Positions 1 through 15,377 of a stretch of DNA of 64,000 nt are shown one piece after another (position 1 is the stretch's first letter; every line of letters begins with the position of its first letter). Origin of the DNA: Piromyces finnis finn. Its lineage: Eukaryota; Fungi; Neocallimastigomycota. The notes under the pieces were generated by a model. It ran no database searches and had not been told where the DNA came from. It worked only from the letters and a program-made list of their open reading frames with translations. Where the stretch lies: the NCBI GenBank assembly GCA_002104945.1, contig MCFH01000010.1, positions 620,001-684,000 on the forward strand, in the 5' to 3' direction. The translations under genes were made by a program, and so were the position numbers.

Positions 1-3000
1 ATTGAAGTTCTTCATTATTTTTTATTTCTACTGATAATTGATGGCATACATCATCATATTTATCTTCAAATTCAGAACGTACATTTTGACTTTCTTTAAT
101 CTATTATATTGAAATGTTAATATATATGTGTTTTTTGTTAACAATATATATTATAATATGATACAAAATTATTACTTTTGATTCAAGATTTTGTTTTAAA
201 TTTCTGATTGTATCATTTTGATCATCAAGCATTTTTTCTTTAACTTTAAGTTTCTATTAAATTAAATTAATATAATATATTAATATGTTAATGTAACTGG
301 CGATTAATATTTAATAATATAAACATATATATATTATACAATACATATTCTAGTGTTTCTTGCTCATTTTTACTTCTGTTTTTTATTTCTTGAATTGTTT
401 CGTTTTTTTCTTTTAATTCTATGTTCTCTTTTTCAATATTTTTATATTTTTCTAATAGATTATTATATTTAAGTTCATAATTATTGTTACCATCATGAAT
501 TAAGGATATCTATATAAATAAGCGTTAATATTAGAAATTTATAGTAATATTTATTAATTTAATAATAAATACCTTTTCAATCATATCCTTTGATATTTGC
601 TTCTTCTCTTCAACAGTTTTTTTATGATTCAATTTTTCATTATCTAATTCTTTTTGAAGAACTTTTTTCTCTGCTTTAAGTTTATTATAGAATTTTAATT
701 TCTCTTCCATAGAATATATTTTCCCCTTATAATAAAAATTAAATTATTTTGATAAATTTAATACTTCATATATATGAATATAACTTTTTATTATTATTTA
801 TTTAAGGATTACTTCGTATATATTTAAACAAGCTTTATACTTATTTTCTGATTCTATCAACTCATTTTTTAATTTTTCATTACAAGTTTTTGTTTCATCT
901 ATTACTTTACTTTGATTTACTATTTTTGTTTGATTTTCTTTTAATTGTTGGGTTTGAATTTTATATTGCTTAATTAATTCATCCAAAGTCATTTGAATTT
1001 CGGTAGATTTATTTTTTTCAGCTATATGAAAATGATGTATTATGTATTAAAAAGTTATTAAAATATTATAAATATTAATAATATGTTTTTTAATAATAAT
1101 TTTACCATTTAAAACAAATCTAAATTCGTCTTCTAATTCCTTATATGCTTTTCTTGATAATGATAATCTTTTTTCTATTTTTTCTAATTCATTTTGATAT
1201 CTATCTGAAAGCTCTTCTGAAATTGATTTAGAAATATCATCAATTTTATCTTCATATTCTCTATAATTTTAATTTATATATAAAATTAAATATTCGTATC
1301 CTTATTTTTTATAATATAATTAATTATATATTATAAACTATTTACTTTCTAATTTTTTTCTCTTTTTGATTAAATTCTTTTTCTTTTGTTGATATTGTTT
1401 CTTGTAGTTCAATTACTTTTTGCTGAAATTGTTTAATTGTAGTTTGATATATCTCAACTTCTTTATGAGTCTTATTTTTAAAATATAAAAGTGAATTATT
1501 AATACTTGATTTAAGAAATATGAATTAATAATTAATATAATCAATATTCTTTCAATACTAACATCAGTCATTTTACATTTATATTGTTCTTTTTCTTTTA
1601 AAAATTTTAAAGATAATTTTGCTTTTTCATTTAATGCTTCTCTTAATTTTTCTTCTACATTCTATTTATTAATATTTATTAATTTATTATTAAGTTAAAT
1701 TAAATATATATTATCATTTAATTAAATGTTTTTTATTTACTTTTATTTCATCATTATCTTTTTTTGAGTTATTTTCTTGAATTTGTTTTTTTAATACTTC
1801 AATTTCAAATTGTTGTTGATTATATTTAAATTCTTTCTTTTTCAGTTCTTCATTAATTTTTTTATTAACTAATTCTTTTTCTTGAATTTTAGATTCCATT
1901 AATATAATTTGATCTTTGATTTCCAAATAATCAGAATGAAATTCTTTCTCTTTTTCAATATTACTTTTCACCTTCATTAAATTTATTTGAATTATGTTAA
2001 TTGAAAAAAAGAAATCATTTTTTTTTGTTTGTTTATTAAATTTTGTATTAATAGCTTCTTACTTTATTTTCCAATTCTCTACAATATTCCTCTTGTTTTC
2101 CGTTTTTTATTTTAAGGTCATCAATAGTTTCTTGAAGTTTATAATTTTCTTTTTTTACTTTTATCAATTTAATATTTAAATCATCAATAGATTTTAGTAA
2201 TTCTTTATTTGAATCAACATTAATATATCTAGATTTTTTTAAATGTAATATAAAATATATTTAATTCCGTGAGATATTATTGAATATATTAATATAAATT
2301 TGATAGTACTCTTGGCTCTCATTTGTGTTATAACTGGAGTTTGTAATCTCTGAAACCTCAATATTATTTTTATTATATTCTTTTTTCTTTTCATTAACAT
2401 TTTTATTATCTTTTTCTTTCAAATTTTTCTGTCGTGAATCATTTATCATTACTTTTTCCTTTTTTCTATACTATATATATACAATATATTCATTTAATTA
2501 TAAAGTATACATTATTATTAAGAAATATGATATATCTGCTACCTTTTTTATTTGTTTTATAGGAGTATCATTATCTTTGTAATTATTAATATCATTAATA
2601 TTCAATAATGATATATTATTTTTTAAATCCTTATTATGATTTATTGTAAAGAGGATAGAAAAATATTTAATAATTATTTACATTGTTGAAAATCATTATT
2701 ACAATTTCTTACATTAATAATTTTTACTTTAATATCTTCTAATTGGTTCTTATATTCCTGTATTATAATATAATTAAACATATTGGAGTTATGTTCACTT
2801 AGCTTTTATTTAAAAAATTTATAATATGAATTTTACATTTATTGGAATCATATCTTCATTTTGATTTATATTGTCTGATTTATTTGATTTATTATTTTCA
2901 GTATTTAAATTTTGATGAATTTTATTAGATTCAAGAAACTTCATTATTTCAGATATTTGATTCTCAATTACACTTAATTTTGAACTGTGAATATCATTAA

Positions 3001-3578
3001 TTTGATATAAATATGACGAATTATTATTATTCTGTTTTTCAGTTTCAATATTTTTCGTTTTATTTTTTAAATATTCATTATTATAATTCTCTATAAAAGC
3101 ATTCATTACTTGAGTTAATGCATCTTTTAAATCATTTTGAGTTAATAATTCAGATTTCTGTTTATTTTCTTCTACGATATATATTATATTATATATCTTA
3201 ATCACCTATATTTTTAATATTATATTAGTATTTAAATAATATTTATTCACTATATACCATCACTTTTATTTTCAGTAATAGTTTGAAGAGTTTTTTCAAC
3301 ACTTTTAATTCTTTCACCAATATTATTCATTTCAAAAAATTTGGCGTTATTATTTTTATATGACTCTTCCATAATATTATTTATTCTATTTTTAAGGATA
3401 ATATAATATATGTGCATGAATAACATTAATAAAAATAAAAAAAACATATTTTATATATAAAATAAATAATTGATATTTTATTACTTATATGTTTCACTCG
3501 GATTAATTGAATTCAAAAAAGACCTATATGCGTTTAAATTAAAATTTCCAAAATCATTAACTATTAAAATTTAGTATG

Positions 3579-3650
<72 letters not shown>

Positions 3651-4485
3651 TATTATTAGACACTTTAATGTAATTAAATAATTTCTCTATATTAATAATA
3701 TTAATACCATCTAATATATTATCATAAAAATCAATTTCATCTATGCTTTCTAATTGTGGGACTAATATCTTTATTTCTTTTCTATATGTATCTGATAACG
3801 TTTGACAAAATGGATTTATTTTTAAGAAATTCTTTTTTCTATTTTTAACAATTAAATGTTTTAGTTTCTACAAAATGTATATTCGCGTACCATATAGACA
3901 AATAATTATTTATTATTAATCAATTTTTATATATAATTTTAATTATAAAAATTCGTATAAAATTAACAGTATTTACAGAACATCCAACTAAATACTTTAT
4001 CTCATTTATATCTTCTATTTCATTTCCTTTAATATCTAAAATAAACAATGAATAATTTATCCCATGAAGTTGAATTAATCCTTCTAAAGTTTTTATTTTA
4101 TTATATGCTAATAATAACTTATTTAATGCCCTTAATTCTGATAAACCATCTATTATCTTTATCTTAATAAATATATAAAATATTACTGAATATTTTGATT
4201 AAATTATTAGAAATTTCTGAATTAATATTTCTTCTTTACCTTGTTATTTGATAAATTTAGTATTTTTAAATTATATAATCCCTCTAAACCTTGAATCTTT
4301 TCTATATTATTGGAAGATAAATCAAGTGAAGTTAAATTACAGAATTTTTGAAGTATACCAGGTTCAATAATTTTTATATTATTAGAATGAAGTGTTATGG
4401 AATATATATTACTTTGTTCATTATATTTACATTTAATATCTTTTAATGAACTAATATTTGAATATATTTTTGATATTTCAGTCAT
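1..4485 (-). CDS. LRRCC1: Leucine-rich repeat and coiled-coil centriole/basal-body protein (LRRCC1/CLERC/VFL1-like); multi-exon, 3' end beyond the window start
   Basis: Spliced N-terminus ITLHSNNIKII..LTSLDLSSNNIEKIQGLEGLYNLKILNLSNNK|IKIIDGLSELRALNKLLLAYNKIKTLEGLIQLHGINYSLFILDIKGN..NPFCQ..YRKEIKILVPQLESID fits the SDS22-type LRR array and LRR cap of LRRCC1. The exons I checked down to ~2260 join in frame (including a 30-nt exon at 2728-2757); further downstream the ORFs encode long K/E/Q coiled coil. An AG just before ATG 4485 means an upstream exon cannot be excluded. Confidence 0.8.
3579..3651. repeat. (AAT)~24 microsatellite inside an LRRCC1 intron
   Basis: Perfect AAT run; lies between a GT donor after GATG (~3687) and the AG acceptor at 3561-3562 on the minus strand. 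Confidence 0.95.
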
Positions 4486-5133
4486 CTAAAAAAGTCTAAG
4501 GAATTGTACGTTTAAGTTTAATTTCTTGATATCGTTTATAAAATATTTCTATTAAGTATTATAATAATGGAAATATATATATATACAAATTTCTTAAATT
4601 CGTCTATTTTGATGGTATTAAATTTATGTTTATATTTATTTATATTTATTTTTATGATTTGAAAGCGTGTATAAATTGTTTAAAACATTTATTTCATTTA
4701 TCACTTTTTATAAATGAAAATAAAATCTTCAAAATTTAACAGTTTTTATTTTACACATTTTTAAATTATTTTTTAATTTATATATATTAAATAATTAATT
4801 TAATTTAAATTGAATATTACAATTATAATCATTAAGCATTAATCATTATATAAGAAATATAATCACATAAAAATATATAATTTAAGTTTTACAATAACAT
4901 TTTGAAATTTCTCAAATGAATTTCGATAAAAAATATTAAAGCTGAATAATTTATTATAAAAAAAAAAAAAAAATAATATTCCTAAGTTAAGCAAAATCAA
5001 AAATTGCTAAAAAATATTATAATAAAACATATTTTAAAATAATTATACTGTTTTTAAGTTTATATTTGTATTTAATCAATAAAAAAAAATATTAATTTAA
5101 TTATAATTAACATTTCTACATATAAAATTAAAT

Positions 5134-6277
5134 ATGGAAAATTATAATGAAAATAATATATTTAATGGTATACAATTTTTAATAATTATTTAATTCTTTG
5201 GAATGAAATTAAATCTTATTAATTTTATTTAAATAGATGAACAAGAAGAAATTTCAGATGTCCATATGTTAATGAAATCTTGGATAAATGAAAGATGTTC
5301 ACCCGATATTTTACCGTATAATAATCTAGTTAATGATTTGTTGGAACAATTAGAAGTTCAAGTAATGAGTATATTAAAATAATAAAAATTAATTTTTTAA
5401 ATGACTAAAATTTTATTTATCAATCATTATTAATATATATTATTGTTGCAACTATTAATAAGTCTGAAATTATTGATTCAAATAAAAATGAAAATGTAAA
5501 TGCTGCTTTCCAAAATATGCTTTGTCAACAAGAAATGGATAGAGTAAAATTTATATTAAAAAATTATCTTCGTACACGATTAAATAAAGTAATAATAATC
5601 TAATGAAAATTTTTAAAGATTTTATGTTTCTTTATAATTATTAATAATTTAATTTAAAAATTTATTAAAACATAATAGATTGAAAAATATGCCAATTATA
5701 TATACCAAAATCCAACATATTATGAAAGATTATCTGATAAAGAAATAACATATTGTGAACAGTAATGCATATTATAAACTTAAATTCTATTTCATTTCAA
5801 ATAAGTTTTAATGTTTTCTATATATTATAGATATAAAGAATTGGTAGATTCGCATTTATTAAAATCTTCATTAGAAACGGCACCAGCATTTTTGCAAAAT
5901 TTAAATGAAAATAATATGAGTAAATATATAAAATAAATTATTTAATTAAAAATACTTGTTTTAATAATTTATTAATGGAACATTAATTATACAATAAATA
6001 TATATTTTAAAAGTTGTTAAACCAACATTAGATGAGCCAGTATTTTGTAGAGTCAAAGAAGATATAGGTGAAGTCCAAATTCAAGGAAGGTGAATTAACT
6101 ACAATATAATATATTAATTTTATTATTAATATAATTATAACTTTAATTTTTTCATTATTTATTTATTAAAGACAAGGAATTTCTATAACGATAAATATGA
6201 AAAAAAATAATGTATTCATGTTAAGGTACAAAGCAATAGAGTCATTCCTAGAAGAAGGGAGAGTTGAATTACTATAA
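5134..6277 (+). CDS. SLD5: GINS complex subunit Sld5/GINS4, 7 exons
   Basis: Spliced product contains WINERCSPDILPY, QQEMDRVKFILKNYLRTRLNKIEKY and PVFCRVKEDIGEV..LRYKAIESFLEEGRVELL*; all GT-AG joins in frame. Confidence 0.93.
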
Positions 6278-7977
6278 AAAAATAATAAATTAGTGTTTGA
6301 TATGATTGATATTAACTATTAACTAATAAATATTATTAGAAACTATTCTTTGAATAAGTAATATAAATTTTTATTTAGTAGAGTGTAAAACCGTTTTTGA
6401 TTATTTTAATTAAATAAATATTCCTTTTTGCTTTAAATGTTTTTATTAAAATTTTATATTAAATAAAAATTTGTATGCTACATACTCCTTAACTTTATAT
6501 AAAAGTAATTTGCATAATTATAAAAATAAATAACTACTATTTAATAAAATATTATAAATTAGTTAAATATATCTTTAAATTAACAAAAAATATATGTGTA
6601 ATTTTATTTTATTATTTTTATCATATTATGTATAATTTAACTTTATATATATATTTCCAATACTATAAATTTAAATATATAAAATTTTCATTACTTTAAA
6701 ATTTAATATTTATTTTATTATAAAATAAATAATTAAAATATTATAAAAATTTTTTTGTTAAAAATATTCTATCTTAAACATATAGTTTTTATAATTTAAA
6801 TAAATTAAATCCAAATAAAAGTATTATTATTATTGTTATTATTATTTTTTTTATTAAAAATAATATTAAGCGAAAATATATGATTATAAAAACTATATTA
6901 ATAAATCGAATAATATAAAGTTAATAGTTTAAAATTATATTAATAAATATAATCATAGGAATTATAAACAAAAGAAATAAAATAATAAAGGAAACCTTAA
7001 GAAAAGAAAAAAAAAGAAAAGAAACTAATTCTTACTGAACAATAATTGTAAAATATCTTTCTATCAATCATTTATCGATCTATCTATATATATATATAAA
7101 TATATTCAGTTTTATCAATTTTAAAATTATAAAAAAGGACAAATAAATATATCAAATCTCGAAATTCAAATCCAAATTTTTATTTATTATTATTATCGTT
7201 ATTATTTAATAAACAAATCATTATAAATTCTTTCATACAATATTAACAATAACATTAAATTATTAACATTCATTAACAAAATATTTACAAATAATAGCAA
7301 AAGAAAAAAAAAAAAACAATGAGATAAAATCATAATGGGTTACTCTCTCAACATTATAAGAAAATTATAAAAATAATAAAAATAAAAATTTCTGATTATA
7401 ATTAAGAATAATAATATGCAAATTAATCAGTTATTTCATTAAAAGAAATAAGAAATTAATAAAATTATGAGTTTTTAAAAATAAAAGTTATAGTTTAAAT
7501 GTAAAATTATTATTAAACAAAAAACAAAAAAAAAAAAAAATTAACAATAATTTTATAATTACAGAGTTAATAGTTCAGTAGTTATTAAAGACAAATGAAT
7601 AATAAAAATAATAATAATGATAAGATTTTTTTAATTTAAAGAAAAATATATTATTAATAATAATAATAATAATAATTAATATTAATATTATATAAATAAT
7701 AACGAATAATGTTTATACTAAAACAGTTTATAAAAAAATTTATAAATATTCTATTTTTAAAGCAATATATTCTTTAACTCAATTTATAATTAAAAATAAT
7801 CTTAATAATATTTCTAACTTTATATAAATATATATATTTTTATACATATTAATTAAAATAATTAAAATAGTAAAATATATAAATTAAATAGCCTTTTTTT
7901 ATTGAACACCCACCCGATTTTTTTTAATAATAAAATAATTAACAAAAATTATCTCCATAAAACCCAAGAAAAGTAAA

Positions 7978-8020
7978 ATGAGTTTTTTTAATATAAGGTA
8001 TAGAAATTTGTAATAAAAGT

Positions 8021-8071
<51 letters not shown>

Positions 8072-9041
8072 AAATTAGTAATTTATTAATTTAAATATTA
8101 AAGTAAACTCGGAAGAAGCAAATCGAAAAAGAATCAACAAAAGCCCCTTTTTGTTGCTCAGCCTTTTATATCAGCTACTCTAGTTAATGGTAGCTTGAAA
8201 AAAATTGTTGAATTGCCAAAGTATGTCGATCAAAACGAATGGCTTGCTGTAAATAGTAAGTTAATAATTTTATATAATATTTATTAAAAATTTTTGTTTA
8301 ATATATAAAAAATTTACAATTTTTTGTTATATATTATATAAAAATATAAAAGCTTTCGATTTCTTTAATTATATAAATCAATTTTATGGTGTAATAGCTG
8401 ATTTCTGTACAACAAAAGATTGCCCTATTATGTCAGCAGGTCCAAAGTAAATAAGAAAATAAATAGATATTTTTTATATGGTTGTAAGGATAAAAAATGA
8501 AAAACTAACGGTGTATTTTTTAATTATTGCAAAACAAAAAAAACTTATAATATAATGTATATATAATATAATAAAAAGTTATGAATATACTTGGACTGAT
8601 AATCAAAAGAAGAATGTAAAATTTGCTGCACCAAAATATGTTGATTTTGTCATGACCAGAATTCAAAATCTATTAAATGATGAATCAGTATTCCCAACAA
8701 AATCAGGTAATTTTTTATTAATAGTTTTTAGATAATACTTTCCAGATAGTAATAAATTTATCTAAAAATTATATATTTATATTAAAATAAAAGCACCAGG
8801 ATGTGAATTTCCAAAAGATTTTATAAATATTTTAAGATCAATTTATAAGCAACTTTTCCGTATTCTTGCACATATTTATTGGTCTCACTATGATAAAATT
8901 CTTCATTTATCATGCGAGGGTCATTTAAATACACTTTTTGCACATTTCATATGTTTTGCTAGAGAATTTGATCTTTTAGATAAAAAAGAACTAGCACCAA
9001 TGTCAGATTTAATTGCAGAATTAGAATACCAAATGAAATAA
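7978..9041 (+). CDS. MOB2: MOB kinase activator, Mob2 type (RAM/MOR pathway), 5 exons
   Basis: KPLFVAQPFISATLVNGSLKKIVELPKYVDQNEWLAVN (fungal Mob2 N-terminus), CPIMSAGP, FPTKS, LFRILAHIYWSHY, HLNTLFAHF..EFDLLDKKELAPM. Confidence 0.92.
8024..8069. repeat. Long poly(A) homopolymer in MOB2 intron 1
   Basis: About 45 consecutive A. Confidence 0.9.
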
Positions 9042-9725
9042 TAATTTATATATATATATATATTAAACATGAAAACAAATAACATAACATATGTAACTCA
9101 ATTATATTTTAAAGCAATTAATAGATCAAAATATAAAAAATTATTAATAATAGATAATGCTAAATTTTAACTAATAAAGTAAAATAAAACAATATAAATG
9201 TATAAATATAAATAATTTTATCAATAAAAATATTAAATAATAACAAAAAATTAAAATAAATAAATAAATAAATAAATAAAATATAAAATTAAATATAAAA
9301 TAAAAAACATATAAATATTTTAATATATAAATAAATAAATAAAAAATATATATATAAAAAAAAATTTATGTTGTGATTTATCAAAAATATTATTTGAAAA
9401 TGTATAATTAAGATGACAAGTTGATTTATTATTACTATATTTTAAAAATTTTAAACACACAATTTTTTTTGTAAAAATATGGATTTTTTAATATTTAATT
9501 TTTAATTAAATTTATTTGCTATTATATTAATTACATTGTACTTATTTATTTTTATATATTATTATTGTTTTTGTTTTGTTTAAAAAAGATAATATTTATT
9601 AAATTTATTTTTTAACTTTTATATGTTTATATTTATCTTTTTATATTTTAATTTTTGGATAATATTTGATTTTTTTTATATATGTATTTCTGAAATATTT
9701 ATTTAAATAATTTATTATTTGTTTA

Positions 9726-11444
9726 TTAAACTTTTTCATATCCTTCCTTTTCACGAACTGGATCAAAGTATGGATGATTCATAGCTTCTTTGGCAGTTAA
9801 ACGTTCCTACAAATATATTTGAAAAAATTTAATTTCAAATATAAAATAAGAATGAAAAAAAAAATAAATAAATAAATAAATAAATAAACTTACTTGGTGA
9901 TCATATCTTAAAAGATGATCAAGGAAATCGATGGCTTCTGGAGAAATATATCCTTGATTTTCAGCTGTAAGGAATTTAGCCCATGGCTTACGTGGGTATC
10001 TTTTTAAATATTAATAATAATATATTAAAATATTGTACTATAAATTGGTTTTATGAAAGAGTTTAATTTTTTTATTATTGATTTATACCTTCCAAGGATA
10101 TCCTTATAATGTGGATCTAATGTAATATTATATTTCTTTAAATATACATCTAATTCATCTGTACCTAAAACTTTAGCAATTTTTACTAATTGATCATAGT
10201 TATCACGTCCATGGAAAAATGGTTCTTTCTTAAATATCTATTAAATTAGAAAAAAAAAGTATTATTAATCAGTCTAACTATATAAAAAAAGAATAAATAC
10301 TTATTTTAATACTAACCATACTAGCAAACATACAACCTAAACTCCATAAATCAAGAGAATAATCATATCTAGTATAATCAACTAAAAGTTCTGGACCTTT
10401 AAAATAACGAGAAGCAACTCTAACATTATAATCAGTTCCTGGATGATAGAAATCAGCTAAACCCCAATCAATTAATCTTAACTATTTATTTTATAAAAAC
10501 AAATGATATAAAGTATTAAGAAAATAATGCATACATAAAAAAACAAAAATAAATTTATTTAAATATATTTTGTTTTAAGTATTCTTCTATACCTTTCTAT
10601 TAGCATGGTCAATCATAACGTTATGTGGTTTGACATCACGATGCATAATACCTTTTGAGTGACAATAATCCAAAGCCTATTTATGTAATAATTATTTTAT
10701 CATTTATTCAATTTTTATAAAAAATTAATATAGAATTAAGAATTATTATTTTTATTATTATTAAATTTTTATTCCACTTAATTTATACCTTTAAGATTTC
10801 ATATATATAAAATCTAATGTCATAATCAGAAAGAGTTGGATATAAAATTTTAAAATCATTATTGTTAACATATTCAAAAATAAAAGCAGGAGTTTTTGAC
10901 TATATGTAAAATTAATAAATAAATTATATTTAAAATTTATAAAATATACATATTTTTAATTATATTTATAAATAACTCTTTAAATTCATTTTATATATTT
11001 CATGTTTCTTATTTTTGTAAATATATATATAATTTATAACTTACTTGAGGATCACGAACAACATCATATAAACTAACAATATTTGGACCACCAGTTAAAT
11101 TTTGTAAAATTTTAATTTCTCTCTTAATCTTCTTCTTCTTAACTGGTTTTAAGACTTTGATTACACATTTTTGGTCATTGGAAATATTAATAGCTTCGAA
11201 AACTTCTGAATATTTACCTCTACCAATTTTCTTAATGATTTCATAATTATCTTGACCACTATTTTTTTTTAAAAAAAATATTATAAATATAAATATATAT
11301 CAATCTTTGATACATTTATATATATATCATTTAATTTTACCCCCATTCAATGTTCATATTGTCGTAATCCCAATAATCTTGATTCATTTCTGAATTGACA
11401 TTAGGATACACCTTTGAAACAGTGCCAATTATTTGAGAAGACAT
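9726..11444 (-). CDS. CKA1: Casein kinase II catalytic (alpha) subunit
   Basis: [73 protein letters not shown]; canonical introns. Confidence 0.97.
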
Positions 11445-12548
11445 CTTGTTTTAATTTTTTCTATTACAAATTCATTTATTAATAATATTCGAAATTAAAA
11501 TTTTTTATGTTAATATTAAATATTTACTTTTTTCGTTTTTTTTATATAAAAAAATTTCATTATATGCTTTTCTAAAGCAATTAAGCTATATTTATTCTGT
11601 TTATTTTTAAAATTTTAATCGAATTAAACTTCTAATATATATATTTTTTAAGTATAAATCAAATATGATCGAGAGATCTTGGATGATTTCATAATTCCTA
11701 TTATTTTTCTTTAAATCTTGTAAATAACAAAATAAATAAAATGGCAACTAAATAAGGTTTTTAATAACCATTATTTATTATCATTATTGCTGTTATTACT
11801 TTCTTTATTTTTCCTTTTTTTTTTTTTACTTATTTAATTTTGTTTTATTTTGTTCTTATTAATATAAACAAGCTTAATTCATTTTGCTTTTCTTACTATT
11901 GCACATACATATAATAGATATTGTATTATAATTATTACTTTTATAATACTTTTTTTATTTACATTTATTTCCATTTTACACATATTGATTAATAATATAT
12001 TCTATTATATATGTGAAATACTTTTATTTCTATATAATTTAATCCCTTTGTTGATTTTCATTTATATATTTTTCTACAATACCTTATATATAAATTAAAA
12101 TTCTCTATATATAAAAAAAAATAAAGACTAAAAAAAAATAATTTTAAGAAAAAAAAAATTGTATAAAATAGTTTATATTAAAATTCTTTTGATTCTCACT
12201 AATAGCAAGCAATAAATTATTGATATTAATATGAATTTGTATACATCATGTATTAAATATAATATTAATAAAAATGTTATCTAATTAAATAAATCAACCA
12301 ATAAAAACATTATTTTGATTATATATATTTTTTTATATAAACTATATCTTTTATATTAAACATATGATATATGTATGAATGGTCTGTTATTCCATAATAT
12401 CATAAATCTATGATAAAAAAGTATAAAAATGTAATTATTATATTTAAAAAAATATATAAAATGCTAATACACAAAATTATAGATATATATTAAAAATTAT
12501 AATTTTTTTTTTTATTTTTTAAAAATATTTTTTTTAAAAATTTTAAAT

Positions 12549-14754
12549 ATGTCACAGAGGAGATGTTATTATGATATCCTTGGAGTGGCAAGAGATGCCA
12601 CCGAAACTGAAATTAAAAAGGCGTATAGAAGAAGAGCACTGGTACAAATTAATAAACATTTTTAATATTTACATAATTATAAATAATAAATAATTAATTA
12701 AATTATTAAAAGGAATTACACCCAGATAAAGCTATTTTAAGAGGTGAAAATATAGAAGAAGCTAATCAAAATTTTGCACTCTTAGCCGAGGCATATGAAA
12801 TTTTAAGTAATCCTAATGAAAGAGCTTGGTATGACGATCACAGGTACAATTTATTATAATTTAAATGATAAAAAATGATAATAATTGATTTTCTTATTAA
12901 TAATTAATGGAAATAATTTTAATATTTTTTCATTTTCATTTTATTTTTATTTTATTTTCTTTCATTATTGATTTTATTGTAATCAGAGAATCAATATTAA
13001 GGGGATATGATGGTTCAGTTAATGGATTCCAATCCGTTGGTATGTCCGTAGACCAACTTAGTAGATATTTTGATAAATCTTGTTACAGAGGATTCAATGA
13101 TAATCCTCAGGGTTTTTTTGCAGTTTTCAGAACACTCTTTAGTACATTAGAAAAAGAAGAGGAAGATTATAAAGATATAAATTCAGATGAAGATTTATCT
13201 AAATTTCATCAAATTAAAACTTCATTTGGTAAACAAACAGATAAATATGAAGAAGTATATGAATATGAAGGAAATGAAACCTCATTAAAAATATTTTATA
13301 ATAAATGGTTAAATTTTTCAACACAAAAATCATTTAGTTGGTGTGATAAATATAACCCATCAGATGCACCTGATAGAAGAATCAAAAGATTAATTGAAAA
13401 AGAAAATAAAAAGCTCAGAGATTCTGAAAAAAAGAAATATAATGATTGTATAAGATCTTTAGCGGCTTCTATTAAAAAACAAGATCCAAGAGTTAAAGCA
13501 TTTATTAACGAACAAAAAGAAAAAGAAAAAATGAAAAAGTTGGAACAAAAAGAACGTAGAGAAAGAGAAAAGGCAGAACGATTAAGGAAAAAGGAAGAAT
13601 ATAAAGAACAAGAATGGATGAAAATTTCAGAAGATAATGAAGTTTTAAAAATGATTAACGACATTGATGATGAAGATATGTATGCTGAAAATGAGGATTT
13701 TTACTGTATAGCATGTAATAAACAATTCCGTTCAGAAAAACAATATGAAAATCATCAAAAATCAAAAAAACATTTAAAGGCTGTTAGAATACTCAGAAAG
13801 CAATTAATGGAGGAAATAGGTGAAGAATATATTGAAGAAGAAATAGATGATGATATAAATAATTATAATAATTCTGAAGATGTTGATGATATAGATGAAG
13901 AAGAAATTATAGAAGATATTAAAGATAAAGAAATAAAAGATGAATATAAATTATCTAATGAGGTTAATGAAAAGGAAGAACAATTCATCGAAGTAATTAA
14001 TGAAAAGATGAATGAAATAAATATGAATGATGAAGCAGATGTCTTAAATCAATATAATATTATTGATAACAAAGAAAACGATAGTAGCGATTTTATATTT
14101 GTAGAAGAAGAGGAAATTCCAAAAAGCAAAAAAAACAAAAAAAATAAAAAAAAATCAAAAGCAAATCAAAATACTGATTTATATCAAGATAGTCTATTTG
14201 AATCCTCTCGTTCAAATTCATTTGATAGTTTAATGAATATGGAATCATTATTATCAGGAAATAATAAAAAAAAGAATAAAAATAAAAAAAAGAAGAAAAA
14301 TGTTGTTCCACTTTTTACCGTTAATGATATTATTAACAATGATAGTGACGAGGAAAAGGATGAAAATAATGATATAAATAACAAAATTGAAATAAATGAA
14401 AATATAAATGAAGAAGAGATTTTTGATGTTGAGAAAGAAACTGAAAATGTAGTAAAGGAAGAACTTATTTCTAATGATACCCCAGATAATATTAATTCAG
14501 TTAGTAATTTAAATGAAAATGAAACTGAAAAAAAAGAACCACAGAAAAAATTAAAAGGTAAAAAAGCTAAAGAAGCAAGAATGAAAGCACGAAAAGAAAA
14601 AGAAGCTTTAGCTGAAACAAGATGTAGAATTTGTAATGAACAATTTACCTCTAAAAATGCATTATTTAATCATATTAAAGAAACAGGTCATTCAATAGCA
14701 CTACCAGAAGAGATTGAAGCAAAGTCAAGAAAAAAAGGGAAAAAAAGAAGATAA
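12549..14754 (+). CDS. JJJ1: DnaJ co-chaperone with two C2H2 zinc fingers (Jjj1/DNAJC21, 60S biogenesis), 3 exons
   Basis: Start 12549 CYYDILGV..KKAYRRRAL|ELHPDK..ERAWYDDHR; zuotin-like FYNKWLNFSTQKSFSWCD; zinc fingers CIACNKQFRSEKQYENHQKSKKH and CRICNEQFTSKNALFNHIKETGH. Confidence 0.93.
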
Positions 14755-15377
14755 ATATTTTTACTTATATATAAATTAAATTAAATTAAATGATATCATG
14801 TGATATAATTATAAATTTATATTTTTATATATATAACGAAATTATCTAATTTAAACTAAAAAAAATAAAACTTAAAACAACAGTAATAAAACAAGAAATA
14901 TATATTTAATTATCTATACATACTGTGACAAAATATATTTATTATATAAAATAATAAATTAGATAATCGTTTTTATTGTTTATTTACTAAATAATATACT
15001 AAACTAGTAATGACTATAATAAAAATAAAGTTTAATTAAAATATAATATGTTATTTATCTTTAATATTTTTTTATTATAATAAAGTATTAATTTTGAAAA
15101 AATAGTAATGTATAAAAAGTAATACTATGGTATATTATTATGTTATTAATTCATACTAACACAAAAAGTTATACAATAATGTAATATGTAATATATATAT
15201 TGATTTTATATGCTCTATAATTGAAGTTATAAAAGGAAATAAATATTATATTTTTAACTTTCATATTTTATAAATATTTTTTTTAATTATTTTTTTTTAC
15301 TTTATCATGCTATTTTTGTTATTGTAATCTTATTAATATTTCAAATATTTACTTTTTATATATTTATTTAATTTTTT

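Noticed and set aside
12907-12987. ORF-track start MEIILIFFHF for the DnaJ gene
   Set aside because: It lies in intron 2; the J domain with HPD is in upstream exons starting at 12549.
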